Shown one piece after another: positions 11,708 to 24,751 of a DNA stretch of 44,512 bases. Source of the DNA: Spirogloea muscicola. Its lineage: Eukaryota. The notes below the pieces were generated by a model. The model worked only from the letters and a program-made list of their open reading frames with translations. It was not told the origin of the DNA and made no database searches. The stretch's first letter is position 1. Each line of letters opens with the position of its first letter. The stretch lies in assembly GCA_009602725.1 (NCBI GenBank), contig WELB01000032.1, forward strand, positions 1 through 44,512, written 5' to 3'. The position numbers were made by a program, and so were the translations under genes.

Positions 11708-14635
11708 TCATGCTGCCTCCCAGCGGTTTGGATACGATTCACGATACCGCCGGTCCTCCTCGCGCGCCACCTGAGCCACAGTGGCGTCCTTCACGCGGCC
11801 GCTGAGCAGCCGCCGTGCGATGCGCTCGCGCACCGTTGGCTTGGGCCGCAGCATTGCTGCCAGCGATATCTTCTTGCGAGCTCCCACACCCTGCTGCAGT
11901 GACTTGCTGCCACCGCCGCCCTCCAGGTCCTCGCCCAGAAGCTCACTGAGGCCCTGGGCGCTCCCAGCCATTCCAGCGGCCCGCAGCACGGCCTCATTGT
12001 GCGCCTTTGCCTGGGCAGCATCCACACGCCGCCGCCGCTGCAAGGACGCCCTCGGTACCTCCGCCACATCGCTGTCGTGCTGCCGGATTATTGCCACTGC
12101 CTGCTGCGCTACCTCTGCGGGTGCGTCCTCGCGCCTGCCGTCAGCGTCTGCGCCGCCACCAGCAGCGCCGGTCACCTGATCATCCACCGGCGCCACCCGG
12201 CCTGCCACAGGACGCATCTCAGTGCCCATGGTCCTTGGCTGCGCCAGCTTCAGCCGCCGCCCCTGCCGCTGGTCCCCTGCCATGCCTCTGTCTTGTTTTC
12301 GGATGTTTGCCACTGCCTGCAGCGCTACCTCTGCGAGTGCCTGGTTGCGCTTGTTGTCGGCGTCTGCACCACTAGCAGTGGCTGCCTGATCCTCCACCGG
12401 TGCTCCTCCGCCTGCTGCTCTCTGCATCTCCGGGGCCGTGGTCAGCAGCACCTCAGGTTTAAGCTGCAGGCCCTGCCGCAGGCTTGCTGCCACCTTCAGC
12501 AACCTTCCTGCTGCTGGCTGCACCACGGCAGGTCTTTGGTCGTCGACAGAAGCCGTCCCACGGAGAGGCCGGCCGTTGTCGTCACGGGGAATGATGACGC
12601 CGTGGAGAGGGCACTTCACGAGGTCCTTACGCTGGCAGAGTCGCCCATCCCACAATGGCGCCCGGCACGGCACAGCCGGCGCCTGCTGTGGTGGCGCATA
12701 AGTTGACACAGGCGTCGCAAGCTCGCGGAAACGCTCTGCCGGCACCGCTGCATCGGCGTCCACACGACCCCAGTGGTTGTCAAGCTGCATCCCATGGCTT
12801 GATGCCCGAATGAGCTCCTCGCTACCCCAGCGCTCCAACCCGGGGCCCCACGGCACACGTGGCGCTGCCGCCGCCAGCTCCCGTCGCAGCCGCCGCTGTG
12901 GGGACTCGACCTCGCCGCCGCTTGCGCTGGGGGGGGTCGCCGGTGCAGCATTTGGTGGCATGGTGACCTCATTGGTCGCCAGGCAAGCATTGGCAAGAGT
13001 GATAGGAGCCTCCAAAGCATGACCGCGCATGAGCTTGTCACCTGAGGCTTCATCTGGCACCAAGCCGGACTCCCACTCAAGCTCATCCTCGGCCCTGGCG
13101 CTGCTCAGAGGCTGCACGCCTAGCTCCAAGCACCGAGCGCTCGCTGCTGCCAGCTGATTACGCAGGTCGATTGTGGCACACAGCAGCTGTCCCTTTTGCG
13201 AGTCCTCTATGTCCACCCGCATCAGGGTTGAAAGCCACTCCTGCAGAGCAGGCTCACAAAGAGATGCTTCAGAACCATACCCGTTCAGCATGCTCCTCCA
13301 TGGGCTCAACATGCCTTAGTGAGCAGTCGACATGAAGGGGGCTGACTAAGGGGCCTAGGTAGACTTGCTCAAGGAATGACTGAGTTGCAACATCACTCTT
13401 TCAGAGCTCAGCATACACAAATTGAAGTGGAGTCCTCAGTAAGAGCAGGCATGGGCACGGCCGAATACAGCAGTAAAACAAGGCCATCAATTCACCTGCA
13501 CGCTTGGCGAATGCTTCTCATTTACGGCTTTCTGGAGCTCGCGCAGCATGTCAAAGACGACACCGTTGTCCGCCGACTCCGTCACAAGAGCCTGGGTGCC
13601 AGTGTTGGCAACCTCGCGCAGTGGCGCCCGCAGTCTGGTGATCTCATACTGCTCGCCCTCATCGCCAGAGTCACTATGCTCATCCACAGGGGCGGGCTGT
13701 GCTGCCGTCGCAAGAGCGCCGCCGTTTGTACCGGCATCGTCAACCCTTGGCACGCGCGGCACCAGGATGCCAAATGCCTCCTCCATCTGGGCCAGCGTTG
13801 AAAGCACCTCCTGGCTGGCCTTCCCGAAGTTGGCAAGGAGGGCTTCGTAGCGGCCGCGGTACAGCTCGCGAACACGAGCCTCCTTCTCATCGCGCTGCCG
13901 CTGAGCCGCCTCCGCTCGCTCCCGCAGGTTGGGGAACTGCATCCGCAGCGTGTCCTTGAGGTAGTGGTAGCCCAAGTCGACCTGACAGCCAATTCCAGGG
14001 GCAGCAGCTTAGTAGTGTACCACTTTGCCACCACCTTGCTCAGATTGCTAGGCTAAGTGACTACAGATCAACAACTACTCCAACCTTCAAATGATCATTG
14101 ATATTAGCTTATGAATTACTTGCTATTATCTAGCAACAGAACTGAAACTCTTATGTTTCTATATGTTTGCCGCCTACAAACGAGCTCTGCAGCGGCCACT
14201 GAGCTGCAGGCGGCACGCGGCCAACTTGAAGGCACGACGAGGGCCGCGTCGCCTGACCGTACCTGGCGGTAGTGCAGGCCGAAGGCGTCACTCCAGCGCT
14301 CCACGGCCTCGATGGCAAGGCGGCGCAGGAGCGCGGCGCGGTCGGCTGGCGGCGGCAGCGGGCGGTCCGGCTGGTAGCCGACGGTGAGCTGCAGGAAGGC
14401 GTCGAAGCCCGGCTCGACGAGCAGCGCGCGGAAGAGGCGCGAGCGCATGAAGAGCGCGTCGATGCCGTGCAGCGCCATCAGCCGCACCTGGGCGTGCGGC
14501 CTGCGGAGCTTGTCCTGCAGCGCCTCGGCAGCGGCGGCGACGCCGTCGGCGGACGCCCGCGCCNGCCACGGTCCGCGCGCCCTCCGCGCCGTCCGCTGCG
14601 GCAGCGGCGGCGGCGGCGGCGGCGGCTGCGGCCAT
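11708..14635 (-). CDS. UVSSA: UV-stimulated scaffold protein A homolog
   Basis: Three exons (~14635-14263, 13982-13496, 13240-11708). VHS-like HAQVRL.AL..IDALFMRSRLFR, PLPPP, YHYLKDTLRMQFP and the DUF2043/Zn motif CRAPLWDGRLCQRKDLVKCPLHGVIIPRDDNG. The frame changes at the single N at 14564. Confidence 0.92.
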
Positions 14636-14738
14636 GGAGGCGGTGGAAGTGTTGCTGAGGAATAGCAGACGGTATGCGGCACCCGGCAAACGGCGTGCCT
14701 GACGGGGTGACGGCCTTCTGCTCGTGTGCCCAACGCTC

Positions 14739-14824
14739 TTTATCCCACGCGCGCTGCGTCGCCCCGGTCGTTTATCCCACGGGCGCTCGCGACGCCTCGC
14801 TCACCAGGCCGAGGGCTTCATAAA
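14739..14824 (+). promoter_or_regulatory. Plant-type Pol II snRNA promoter: two USE-like boxes plus a TATA-like box
   Basis: TTTATCCCACGCGCGCT (14739) and TTTATCCCACGGGCGCT (14771) resemble the plant USE RTCCCACATCG. TTCATAAA lies at about -31, and the proximal USE-TATA spacing of about 32 bp fits Pol II snRNA genes. Confidence 0.75.
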
Positions 14825-14847
14825 CGGCGGCCCGCTGCGATGCAAAC

Positions 14848-15008
14848 ATACTTACCTGGGCGGGGTCGATCGGTGATCACCAAGGCCGATGGCCTAGGAT
14901 AGGCCCGTCCATTGCACTACGGTCGGGCCGACTCCTAGCACGCCGGTACTCCCGGTGCTGCACGTCACAATTTGTGTCCGCGGGGGCTCGCGCTTGCGCG
15001 GCCCCTAC
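14848..15008 (+). ncRNA. U1: U1 spliceosomal snRNA
   Basis: 5' ATACTTACCTG, SL1 loop GATCACCAAG (U1-70K site), SL2 loop ATTGCAC (U1A site), Sm site AATTTGTG and terminal hairpin GGGGGCTCGCGCTTGCGCGGCCCCT; about 161 nt. Confidence 0.96.
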
Positions 15009-17032
15009 ACAAAGCCACAAACACAACTGGGACCCTGCATTAGCAGTCGGAGCTCTCCGGAGCGCAGTCCGACCTCCGCCGAGACCAACGTCGCACTAGG
15101 TTTATCGTGTCCATTGGAAGCGCCACTTCTGTCGTGTCCGTGGAGGTCCCTGCGCGGTCCCTAGAAGAAGCCGCAAACTGAACTAGGGTGTGTTTCCCAG
15201 CTCTCCAGTTGCAGTTCTGGAGCTCCAACCCCGTCGATAGCAGGACTTCACTATACCATCTTCAGGTCATACTATTTCATGCATCGATTAATCTCCCCCC
15301 AATTGTATGTTGAACGAATCTGCACCATTGGGCCAAGTAGCACTGTATCTTCTATTTCGCAAGAAGGGTAGACATCAAAACACACCGTGCTGTTTGAGAT
15401 TGCATAACCTGGGTTAATCTTTGAGCATCCACCTCTTCGAGCACTTAAGTACTTGAATACTCCGGGAGCACTTTAGTACTCCATGCCAAGGCATTCAATG
15501 GCCTTTGCTGATTCTAAAATGATCAATTCATGCTTCCACTTGTTCGTTCCTGTAACGTGCCAAGGACGTGAGCACCAAATTCTGCTACAGAAGCATTGCT
15601 ATGTGAGTATGTATGTAGCCACGACTTTCTTCTCCAATGTCCCCAAGCTATGAGCCAGTCAGCTTGCCGTCAGCCTTGTGCTGCTGGGTAGGTGCCGAGA
15701 AGAGTGTATGTGAGCAGGCTCCTTACTGAAGGAATGTATTGTCAGGATCTGCTCAGGAGTATTTACTTGCCTTCCATGTTGCAGTAAGAGCATTGGGTAA
15801 TCAACGTCCACTTGAGTGCCGGAGTGCCAGGTACCACAACTCAGGCTTCAGCGCGTTGACTGTTATCTGTGTGCCTATGCAGGTAGTACATTTGCAGGCA
15901 GACATACATGCGGATGCTGCAGCAAAGTCCCTTAAGCGACTGGCCGTGCTGCCTAGTCTAAGAGCACGAAAACGCACAGAAGCAGTCAAGCTAGCAAGTT
16001 GACTGGCCGTGCAAGGTAAGGCAGGATGCAACGAGCGTATCATTGCACTGGAAGCGCACAAAGTAATGGCTGCAGCAGAGTTGTCTGAGGTGACTGGGTT
16101 TATGCGACTAGAATTACAGGCTGTGGTATCACTGCCACTGGTGCAAGTGTGTAGGCAAGATGCACGAGTGCGTTTGATGCCTGGCTGCGGAGGAGCGCCC
16201 CTAGCCGTGCTTGGGTGGGGGTGCACCAAGGAACTTGGCAACCGTGCAGATGGTGCGAGGCCACGGTGCCCTCCCCACTCTGGAGTCAACATTTCGAGCC
16301 ATACTCTACACACCGACCTCAAGCCTTTACCCTCTGGCCACCACCACGTATCTTTTCACCCGTGCACGGCTTAAGTGTAGATGCAGCAGGTTGCAGACGC
16401 TCGTGAAACTCAGGTTTCTGTGGCAACGTCCACGTGCTGCAAACCTGTCGTGTCCCAATAGCTGTCTGCTAGCTGCTCGCTGGTGCCACTAGATCGCTGC
16501 TATCTACGCACTCTGGTCCACAGAGCTCAACCTGCGAAGGCGTTGAGTCGTCCACAGGTGCCAGCGCCTGTCCATTTTCGCTCCTGGCATTCGACGCTTG
16601 ACGCAGTAGTCATAGATGTCAAAAACACCAGCACTAAATTGTGAGAAAAAAGTAAGTTCTTGCAAGTATAGGCCTTCTTGCAAGTATAGGCCCTCGTGCT
16701 TGCTTGCAAACATGGGAATGGGGGACCGCTCAAGGAGGACAGTCTCTGGCCTTCAGAAACTTAAAATGCAAGTAAGCAACTACTCTTCATCCTGCTCTCA
16801 AGGCCTCTTGGATATGAAACGACCTATTGACCTCCTCTAGATTCTCAATAAGGATGACAAGCCAGATCTGACTGTGCTTGGAATTTAAGAAGGGGAATAA
16901 TTTTGTACAAACGCGTGCTAGAGAGGTACACTGCATTGGTATGTGCTATGGGTGACACAACACGGACTCGTAATGAATCAACTTATGCACGCGCAATAGA
17001 TCGCTAACATATGCCCCTTGGGACTAGGTCAA

Positions 17033-20000
17033 TCAGGAATGACCAAGAAGAAGTTGGTTGCTTTGCCCCAAGGATCCATGCTCCTCTATCTCCTGTCTGA
17101 AGAAGCACAATCCAACAACACGGCTGTTGTGTGAGGGACCAATTATACATGGACCATCGCTCTTGCTTGAAGCACTGTGCACAGAAAGGGCTCCTCAGCA
17201 GCAAATACCAGCAACTGCTTGCATAGGTATGGTCAAGAGACAGTCGCCGAGCTCACTGGAAGACAAAGTCGGGGATGGTAATTTGGTCTCTGGCCACCAC
17301 CCTGAATAGATCCCACAACCTGTCCTTGTAATACACCTTTGTCCAGACCTGCATCGTCAGATAACTGCTGCAATAAGAAACTGGATGTCTTCCGATGCAT
17401 TGTCAAGAGCAATACCCTCTGGATGCACCAACTAGGTGATGCTTTACATCGTGCATTCAGGAAGGGAAGAAACTCTAAAAAGACATAGATTATACCTCTT
17501 GCTCAACAAACAGTTGCATAGAGACCACGAGTAACTTAAGTGCCAGATTTGGGTGTACAACGTGCAGTGCCTGTGGGTCGAACAAGCACAGTAGTCATAT
17601 ACGGCCTTGAGATCGGCAGTATATCATATTGTGCTGCTTACGTATGCATACGTGCAGGCACATAGCTGCTACTGTTTGGAGGATAAGAGCACTTGACTGG
17701 GTGCTCTACTGAAGCTCACATGCAGGTTTCTGCGGTGCTTCCTTCCGAGAATCTGCTGCAATGTCTTCACCCATGCCAAGTCGGGTGGTCTGCAAAAGCA
17801 TCAATGTGGCAGCCATGAAGCTTGAAATTGCACTAGAAGGGGCAGGGCAGCAGGGCCCTAAGATACCCTGTGGCCTTCTAATACACAATGAATGCCACCT
17901 TGTGAATATGCATGATGATAATGTCAATGCAATCTCAATCTTACCTGGGCATTGATACTGCTGAATGGAAGTAGACAATTGTGTACGGTTTTTGGATAAC
18001 AGGCTCAAATACCTGCAGATGATTGCAGACCAGCTTCTTGGGGTCATTGTGACATAAACCAATGTGATCTCTCCCCACCGTGACGTTAGACACAGGCACT
18101 TATCTCAGGAGGGAAGTTGGCTTCTACCTTGAGGACATAGAGCATGAATTGTTCCAGATCTAGAGATCGTGGCAAAAAATGAGCTCCCACCACAACAAGC
18201 AACGGCCTCCCCTCTCGATCATGCCCACCACGGTACCTTCACAGTGTAGTATTGCTTCTTATGAGCACTTCAATCATACCAGGATAAGATGACAGACCCT
18301 GATGCATCCCAAGTGCGAGCACAATATTACTATCTCATGCTGAGTCATGGCAGGCAGTCATGTCATGTTCCCAGCCACTCACAATATCTTCATCTCGGCA
18401 ATTTCTGTGAAGTCAAGCGCGTTCGCCTTGGCCATATAGCGAGAATGCAAGGAGTCCTCCTCAACGCCCGTCAGTTGCTGCCGCCCAATGCTTCCCAAGC
18501 CCAGGAGACTTGGCAGGCTCCAATCACCCCTTGCCTGGGCGGCCTTTTCCCACTGCTCCTTTCTCCGTTGGTCAGGATCTCGTATCATCGCAGTGAACAT
18601 GGGGTCCGTGAGGCTGTCAATGCTTTCCAATCTGCTGCTGCTGACATGTAGCAAAGGACATCGGCATCAGTATGCGCACTCTTGTGAAAGCTCCAGTGTG
18701 CTTCCTTCATGCAGGAAGGGCTGACAAGGTGATGACAGTCCAGCCGTCAGTATCTTCGGGCTCATGTTTGAGCTCACCACAAGCTCGGAGGTAAGACTTG
18801 AGGAATTTGGTACATATGAGAGCTGCCAGTGACAGACGTAATCCCCACAAAACAACGCTGTGCACAGCAGCTGACCTGTTTCCGCTGGCCTGCCTGAAGA
18901 TAGAGCCTGGCATCACAGGTTGTCCAGGAGTAGGCTGGGCAGGGGAGGAGACAGGGAGGGCGCCAGGAAGGACCGATATCCGGATCTTGCGCTCATCTAT
19001 CGTCGTTTCCCCGTTCTCATCGCCCACATCGGCTGGGAGCGCGATGCATGCAAGCTCCTCCTCAGCAGGCATTCTCGGGAAGTACAATGGTAGCAACCTG
19101 TGGCACGATGACATGGTCAGTATCTGAATCTGTCTCGACTGAGGACGTACCTAAGCTGTTCTGCTCCCTCCTTCTGGTCATCACAATGTCATACTTGAGT
19201 GGGCCAGAGTTGTGTGCACGACCTCTTGTAGATCTCTGTGTCGTTGGAGGTCGTGGTGCAGAAGACGACAGCATGGACTTTCTTGTGGTGCTTCTCCAAG
19301 AAGCGGCGCACCGTTCCTGAGAGACTTGCAAACAGCACAACCTCAGTGGAGCTGCCTAGTCTTGCTAATAGACATGACAGAACTCACTTAGGCTTTTAGT
19401 GACATTACTTGTCCTAGAGTCTGAGCAGAGATCCAACCCCCCGGACCCCATCATCGTCCCCAAGCAGGAGCAATACCTCTATCACGAGTCAAGGTGATTG
19501 CTACTACGAGATAAGGAGGAGCAGACCGAGTAGAGGAGTAGCTCACTGATTGCGACATGGGCTGCCGGCTCCCTGGGGTAGCCCTTGGCCTCGGTGTATA
19601 TACACTCAAATGCAATGCTGCAATTCCGTAATTGCCCACGTCAGCAGAGCTAGATGCTGGTGCACTGCAGGCAATTGTACTGAGCTCTTTCAGAGGAGCC
19701 GCCACCAATGAGCAGGCCAGACACAGAGTGCGACTCAGAGGAGGCTCTGCCAGAGGCCTACAACCACCGGTCCTTATCAGTAAGCATCCTGGGATCCTCT
19801 CAGCAAGACTCCTGGACTGCCTAGATCAGCTGACTTCTCTAACTTGTCAAGAGTGTAAGGGCAAAGTCATATTTGTGTTGTCGACCTTTTCATTTCGTTC
19901 TCTATCAGCAGCTCCAGACAGGACCTATAGCAGTGGCTCAGAGCATTCTCCGCCGCAGTATGGTACTTTTGCGCATAGCGCGGGCCAACAGTGTGGATGA

Positions 20001-21101
20001 CCCATCTGCGCCACAGACCAGAAGTTGTCAGAATGTGCAACCATGAGTTGAGCATTTATTACTGGCAAAGATGCAAGGGCAACAAGCCACTGCGACAAGG
20101 CATGACGGCTTTCTGGCTGTCTTTCTGGCTCAGTGTAAGCCCCTCACTTGGCTGGAAGGTCATGAGCGCCAGTCAGCTTTGCCTCGCCAGTGCGGCAGCC
20201 GCCCTGCAAGAGTGGGAATATCATGGTCAGAGTCATAACACCACTCATTCCTTGCTTGCCGCAGAAATCAGGCTTCCATTCTTTCCATGCATATCAATGT
20301 AGGCTACAATCTGCACAGAAATGCAGAAAGGGTCCCAAGGAACATTCACAATGTGCAATAGCTAGTCACAAGGTGCAATAGCTAGTGGAATATGGCTTGT
20401 CATGCCAAGCTTCTAGATACCAAGGTCGCGCACTCCTCCGCGAGGCCTGGCCCGGCGGCCACATGAAGGCCTAGACTCGAGTGCGCCTCCTCCAGAGCCT
20501 GGTCACCACGCAACAAGCATCCGCTGGAAGAATCCTCAGATCGTAAGAGGCAGCCCAGATCGTCCAGCAGCCACCGCACAAGGGGGTTGGGGTTTAGGAG
20601 TTAGGGCGGATTCAGGGGGCAGTAACCACAATAGTTGGCTAGTCCGCTGCTCCTGGCACAGCGGCTGTGAGGTCCAACCTTCGTCCAGCAGCTCGCTCCC
20701 TGGCATCAACACATGGCTGACTGCCAATGGCCTCGACAACCACCGATCCTGCATGCCTTGACCAGCGCCTGAGATGCAGTGGGCTGTGACCAGCGGACCT
20801 CGTTCGTGGTATTGACGACGGCGTCGACCTCCAGGGGCCACGGAGCGCCGCGCCAGATGTGAAGCCGCGAATTGATGGCAGGGTTGACGGGGAAGGGCGA
20901 GGAGGTGTTGGCGTGGAGCTCGCCGGCGGGCGCGGCTTTGAGGAAGGCGGGGCGGCCGGGCTTGGTCGGGGGGCCGCCGCCGTGGCCGTTGCTCGCGCCA
21001 GCGCCGGCAGCGTGCTGCTCCTGGTCCGCCCACTTGGGGATCTGGTCGAGCTTCACGACGTGGTCGTGGCGCGGCGATGCTGCGCCCAGCCTGCCGTACA
21101 T
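17033..21101 (-). CDS. GDAP2: GDAP2-like macrodomain (Appr-1-p processing) plus CRAL-TRIO protein
   Basis: ATG at 21101. Motifs VVKLDQIPKW, FPVNPAINSRLHIWRGAPWPLEVDAVVNTTNE, GGCRTGEAK, VIHTVGPRYAQKYHTAAENALSHCYRSCLELLIEN, RLLPLYFPR, LPADVGDENGETTIDERKIRI and QITIPDFVFQ. The last exon and stop are tentative. Confidence 0.9.
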
Positions 21102-21384
21102 GACCGGCAGCGCTCCCATCCACGGCCTCAGCGCTTGCGGCTGCTGCAGGCCTCGAGGAGGGAGGGGGCGGAGGGAGGGTGCGCGCCAGCGAGCCGAGGA
21201 GCGCCGCCGAGAGCTCGAGAGAGGGGCACTGGGCGGGAGCGGCCACTTGGATGCGACATGCGGAGGAGGACGAGTGATCTGGCGGGAGAAAAGGGGGAGG
21301 AAAATGGGGATGGGGATGGGTGGCCCAAAGGAGGGGCTATAGAGGGGGGCTGGGGGGCTGAAAGAGAGGGGGAGGGGGGAGGGA

Positions 21385-21649
<265 letters not shown>

Positions 21650-22239
21650 NNNNNNNNNNNNNNNNNNNNNNNNNNNNNNNNNNNNNNNNNNNNNNNNNNN
21701 NNNNNNNNNNNNNNNNNNNNNNNNNNNNNNNNNNNNNNNNNNNNNNNNNNNNNNNNNNNNNNNNNNNNNNNNNNNNNNNNNNNNNNNNNNNNNNNNNNNN
21801 NNNNNNNNNNNNNNNNNNNNNNNNNNNNNNNNNNNNNNNNNNNNNNNNNNNNNNNNNNNNNNNNNNNNNNNNNNNNNNNNNNNNNNNNNNNNNNNNNNNN
21901 NNNNNNNNNNNNNNNNNNNNNNNNNNNNNNNNNNNNNNNNNNNNNNNNNNNNNNNNNNNNNNNNNNNNNNNNNNNNNNNNNNNNNNNNNNNNNNNNNNNN
22001 NNNNNNNNNNNNNNNNNNNNNNNNNNNNNNNNNNNNNNNNNNNNNNNNNNNNNNNNNNNNNNNNNNNNNNNNNNNNNNNNNNNNNNNNNNNNNNNNNNNN
22101 NNNNNNNNNNNNNNNNNNNNNNNNNNNNNNNNNNNNNNNNNNNNNNNNNNNNNNNNNNNNNNNNNNNNNNNNNNNNNNNNNNNNNNNNNNNNNNNNNNNN
22201 NNNNNNNNCGCGGGGCCCCGTGGGGCCGCCGCGGCCGCC

Positions 22240-24567
22240 ATGGAGCCCGCGGCGCCCGGCAGCGTGCGGTACGCGCGCGCCGTGGTGGGCGTGGTGGTGG
22301 ACACGCTGGTCCAGAAGTGGGCCACCGCCGGCGCGGGGCCCGCCGCCAAGGCCTGCGCCGTGCGCGTCGCCGGCCGCACCGCCGTCGTCACCGGCCCCAC
22401 CTCCGGCATTGGCCGCGAGACCGCCCTGTGAGTCCTGGCTTCAGCTCAGCGCCCGCCCCGCAGCCGATAGCTCCCAGCCGTCAGTCATTGCCGTTCGAGA
22501 TCGTCAATGGACAGCCAGCGAGCCACAGCCGCCCAGCAGCCTGTGCTATGCTCGTGCCGCAAGCCTCTTCGCTACATGGGCCAGTGACGCGCCCCTGACG
22601 GTGGCTTGAGGGCTGGTGCAGGGAGCTGGCCAAGGCTGGCGCTCACGTCGTCCTGGCGTGCCGCAATGTTGCAGCGGGCCGCTCGCTGGTGCAGGAGTGG
22701 AAGGCCAAGTATGAGCCGGACGGCGTCGTCATCAGCGCCGAGGTGCCCCTGCTGCCGCCCCTCTACAATCGCGACACTTTGCTTTGGTGGGCATGCAAGC
22801 TAATGCAGTGGGCGCCTCTGGACGACCTTGGAACTTGACCACTTCTTGATCTAACCTCTCACTTTAACAACTGAATCAATAACGTAGCTTGTGAAGCTGA
22901 GCAGGTTTCGACAAGTACTGGATGTCAATGCAGGTTCTTGAGCTTGACCTCTCGTCCTTTGAGTCGGTCAGAGCATTCGCTCGCGTCATCGAGGAACGCA
23001 AGCAGCCACTGCACGTGCTCATCAACAATGCCGGCATACTATCTCTAGGGGGTTTGTCCCATTTCTCCCCAGGCCACCTACACACATGCCCTTGCATCTG
23101 TTCGCGAGACATATCTATCGCTTTGCAGAAAGGCGACCTGAAAGAGATCCACATTTTTTCGTGTTCCAGGCAAGCGTAAGATAGGAGAAAGTGGCTTGGA
23201 GGAGCACATAATGGTCAACTACATGGCGCCTGCGCTGCTCACTCTCCTCCTCCTCCCGGCCCTGCTCAGGAGCTCTGGAGCTCGCGTCATCAACGTCAGC
23301 TCACAGGTGACACTGTGAAGTGTGCAGGATTGAAGTGCTGCCAGACTACTGTTGTTAAGCAGAACTGACTTTTCAGGCCAGCCACCCAGACAAGGTCATC
23401 TGGGTTTATGTTGGGAAAATGCTTTAGCTTCCTGTTGCATCCAAAGCTGTATGAAGGACGGGCTGCTGTGAGACAGCAATTCTCACTTTGTGTAGGTCGT
23501 TGATTGGAATCTTGGCGGATGTAGCACAGATGCACGAGCAGGGGACTTTAGACCTAGATGACCTGAACTTCTCTGCTGGCCGACGAAGGTATGGGGCTAC
23601 AGCAGCCTACTGCCAGAGCAAGCTCGCCCAGGTACAATCAACACTCCCACAAGGCATTCCGATCTGCTCACATGTGCCATGTTCATCCGTTTATTCACAT
23701 GTGTCCACGTGTCCAGCATCCATTGTGAGTAGGTATGAGCTCTCCAATGCCAGCTATGAGGTTTGCCGTCTCAATTGCACCTGAGAGCGGCAGCCATCAC
23801 TTTGCAGGTCATGTTTACGAATGTCTTGCACAGGAAGCTCCCAGCAGACGCCCGAGTGGACATCATTGCCGTCCATCCTGGAGAAGTGCTGACTAACGTG
23901 GTCGGGCACTACACCTGGCATGAGCATGCAAGCATTGTAGAAGATGTTGCCATATTCGTGAGAACAGATGAAGCCAGATGCACTGATACTTGACACTCTG
24001 TGAGAAGGTCCCATTCCTCTGTGCAGGTGCGCACGCTCCCAAAGTGGATGCAATGGATGTACAGGGTGCTGTTCAAGTGGATACTGTTCACGCCCTCTCA
24101 AGGTGACCTTCCGAAGAGCCTGACAATTGATATGCATACATGGGTCAATGCTATTTTGCTTCATTGCTTCATATGTGTACACATGCACATTGTGCACATT
24201 GTGTTTGTGCAATATCTATTTGAATCTGATCATGTTAGATATGATACTTTGGCCTAATTTGGTATAGGACTGCGATAGGAGTTGCTGATACTTGATCCAG
24301 CTGGGCTTACTCTGCTGCTCCACTCTGCTGCTTGCAGGGGCTCGAGGCCCTCTCTTCTGTGCTGCCGATCCACTAGTGCTGCAGTATGCGAGCTCGATCC
24401 GGGCAGCTCAGTCTCTAGATGGGCCTTACTACACCTCTAAGTGTAGACCAAAGCGCGTAGCTAAGCAGGCCTTGAACGCCGCCGCAAGCGAGCTGCTTTG
24501 GGAGAGGACCCTTGTGTGCATAGGACTCCCCAGCACCTACTTAGACACGGTCTTGACTGATCACTGA
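22240..24567 (+). CDS. Short-chain dehydrogenase/reductase (retinol-DH/TIC32-like subgroup)
   Basis: VVTGPTSGIGRETA, VLACRN, LDLSSFESVR, LINNAG, VNY, the catalytic motif YCQSK and VHPGEVLT across about 8 GT-AG exons. Confidence 0.9.
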
Positions 24568-24751
24568 CCGGAGCAACTTCTTCATCGGCTCTTAAAGATG
24601 AAGCCTGCTCTTGAAAGCCCATCCAACCAGAGGCAGTCCTGGTCATCATCTTGATGATCTTGACCTTAAGCTTGATGACTTAATGGGCTTGTGTAGCAAG
24701 AGCAGGCAAACTACAAGAGCTCGGATCAGCGATGCAGTCAGCGTGCAGCCT

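Noticed and set aside
14848..15008. U1 as the retroelement's specific target
   Set aside because: The U1 gene is uninterrupted and no U1 sequence flanks any element copy.
15110..15130. TCCATTGGAAGCGCCACTTCT, resembling the tail of the 3' module, downstream of U1
   Set aside because: Only about 20 bp and lacking the GGGCTG/CAGCCC stem, so it cannot be distinguished from chance.
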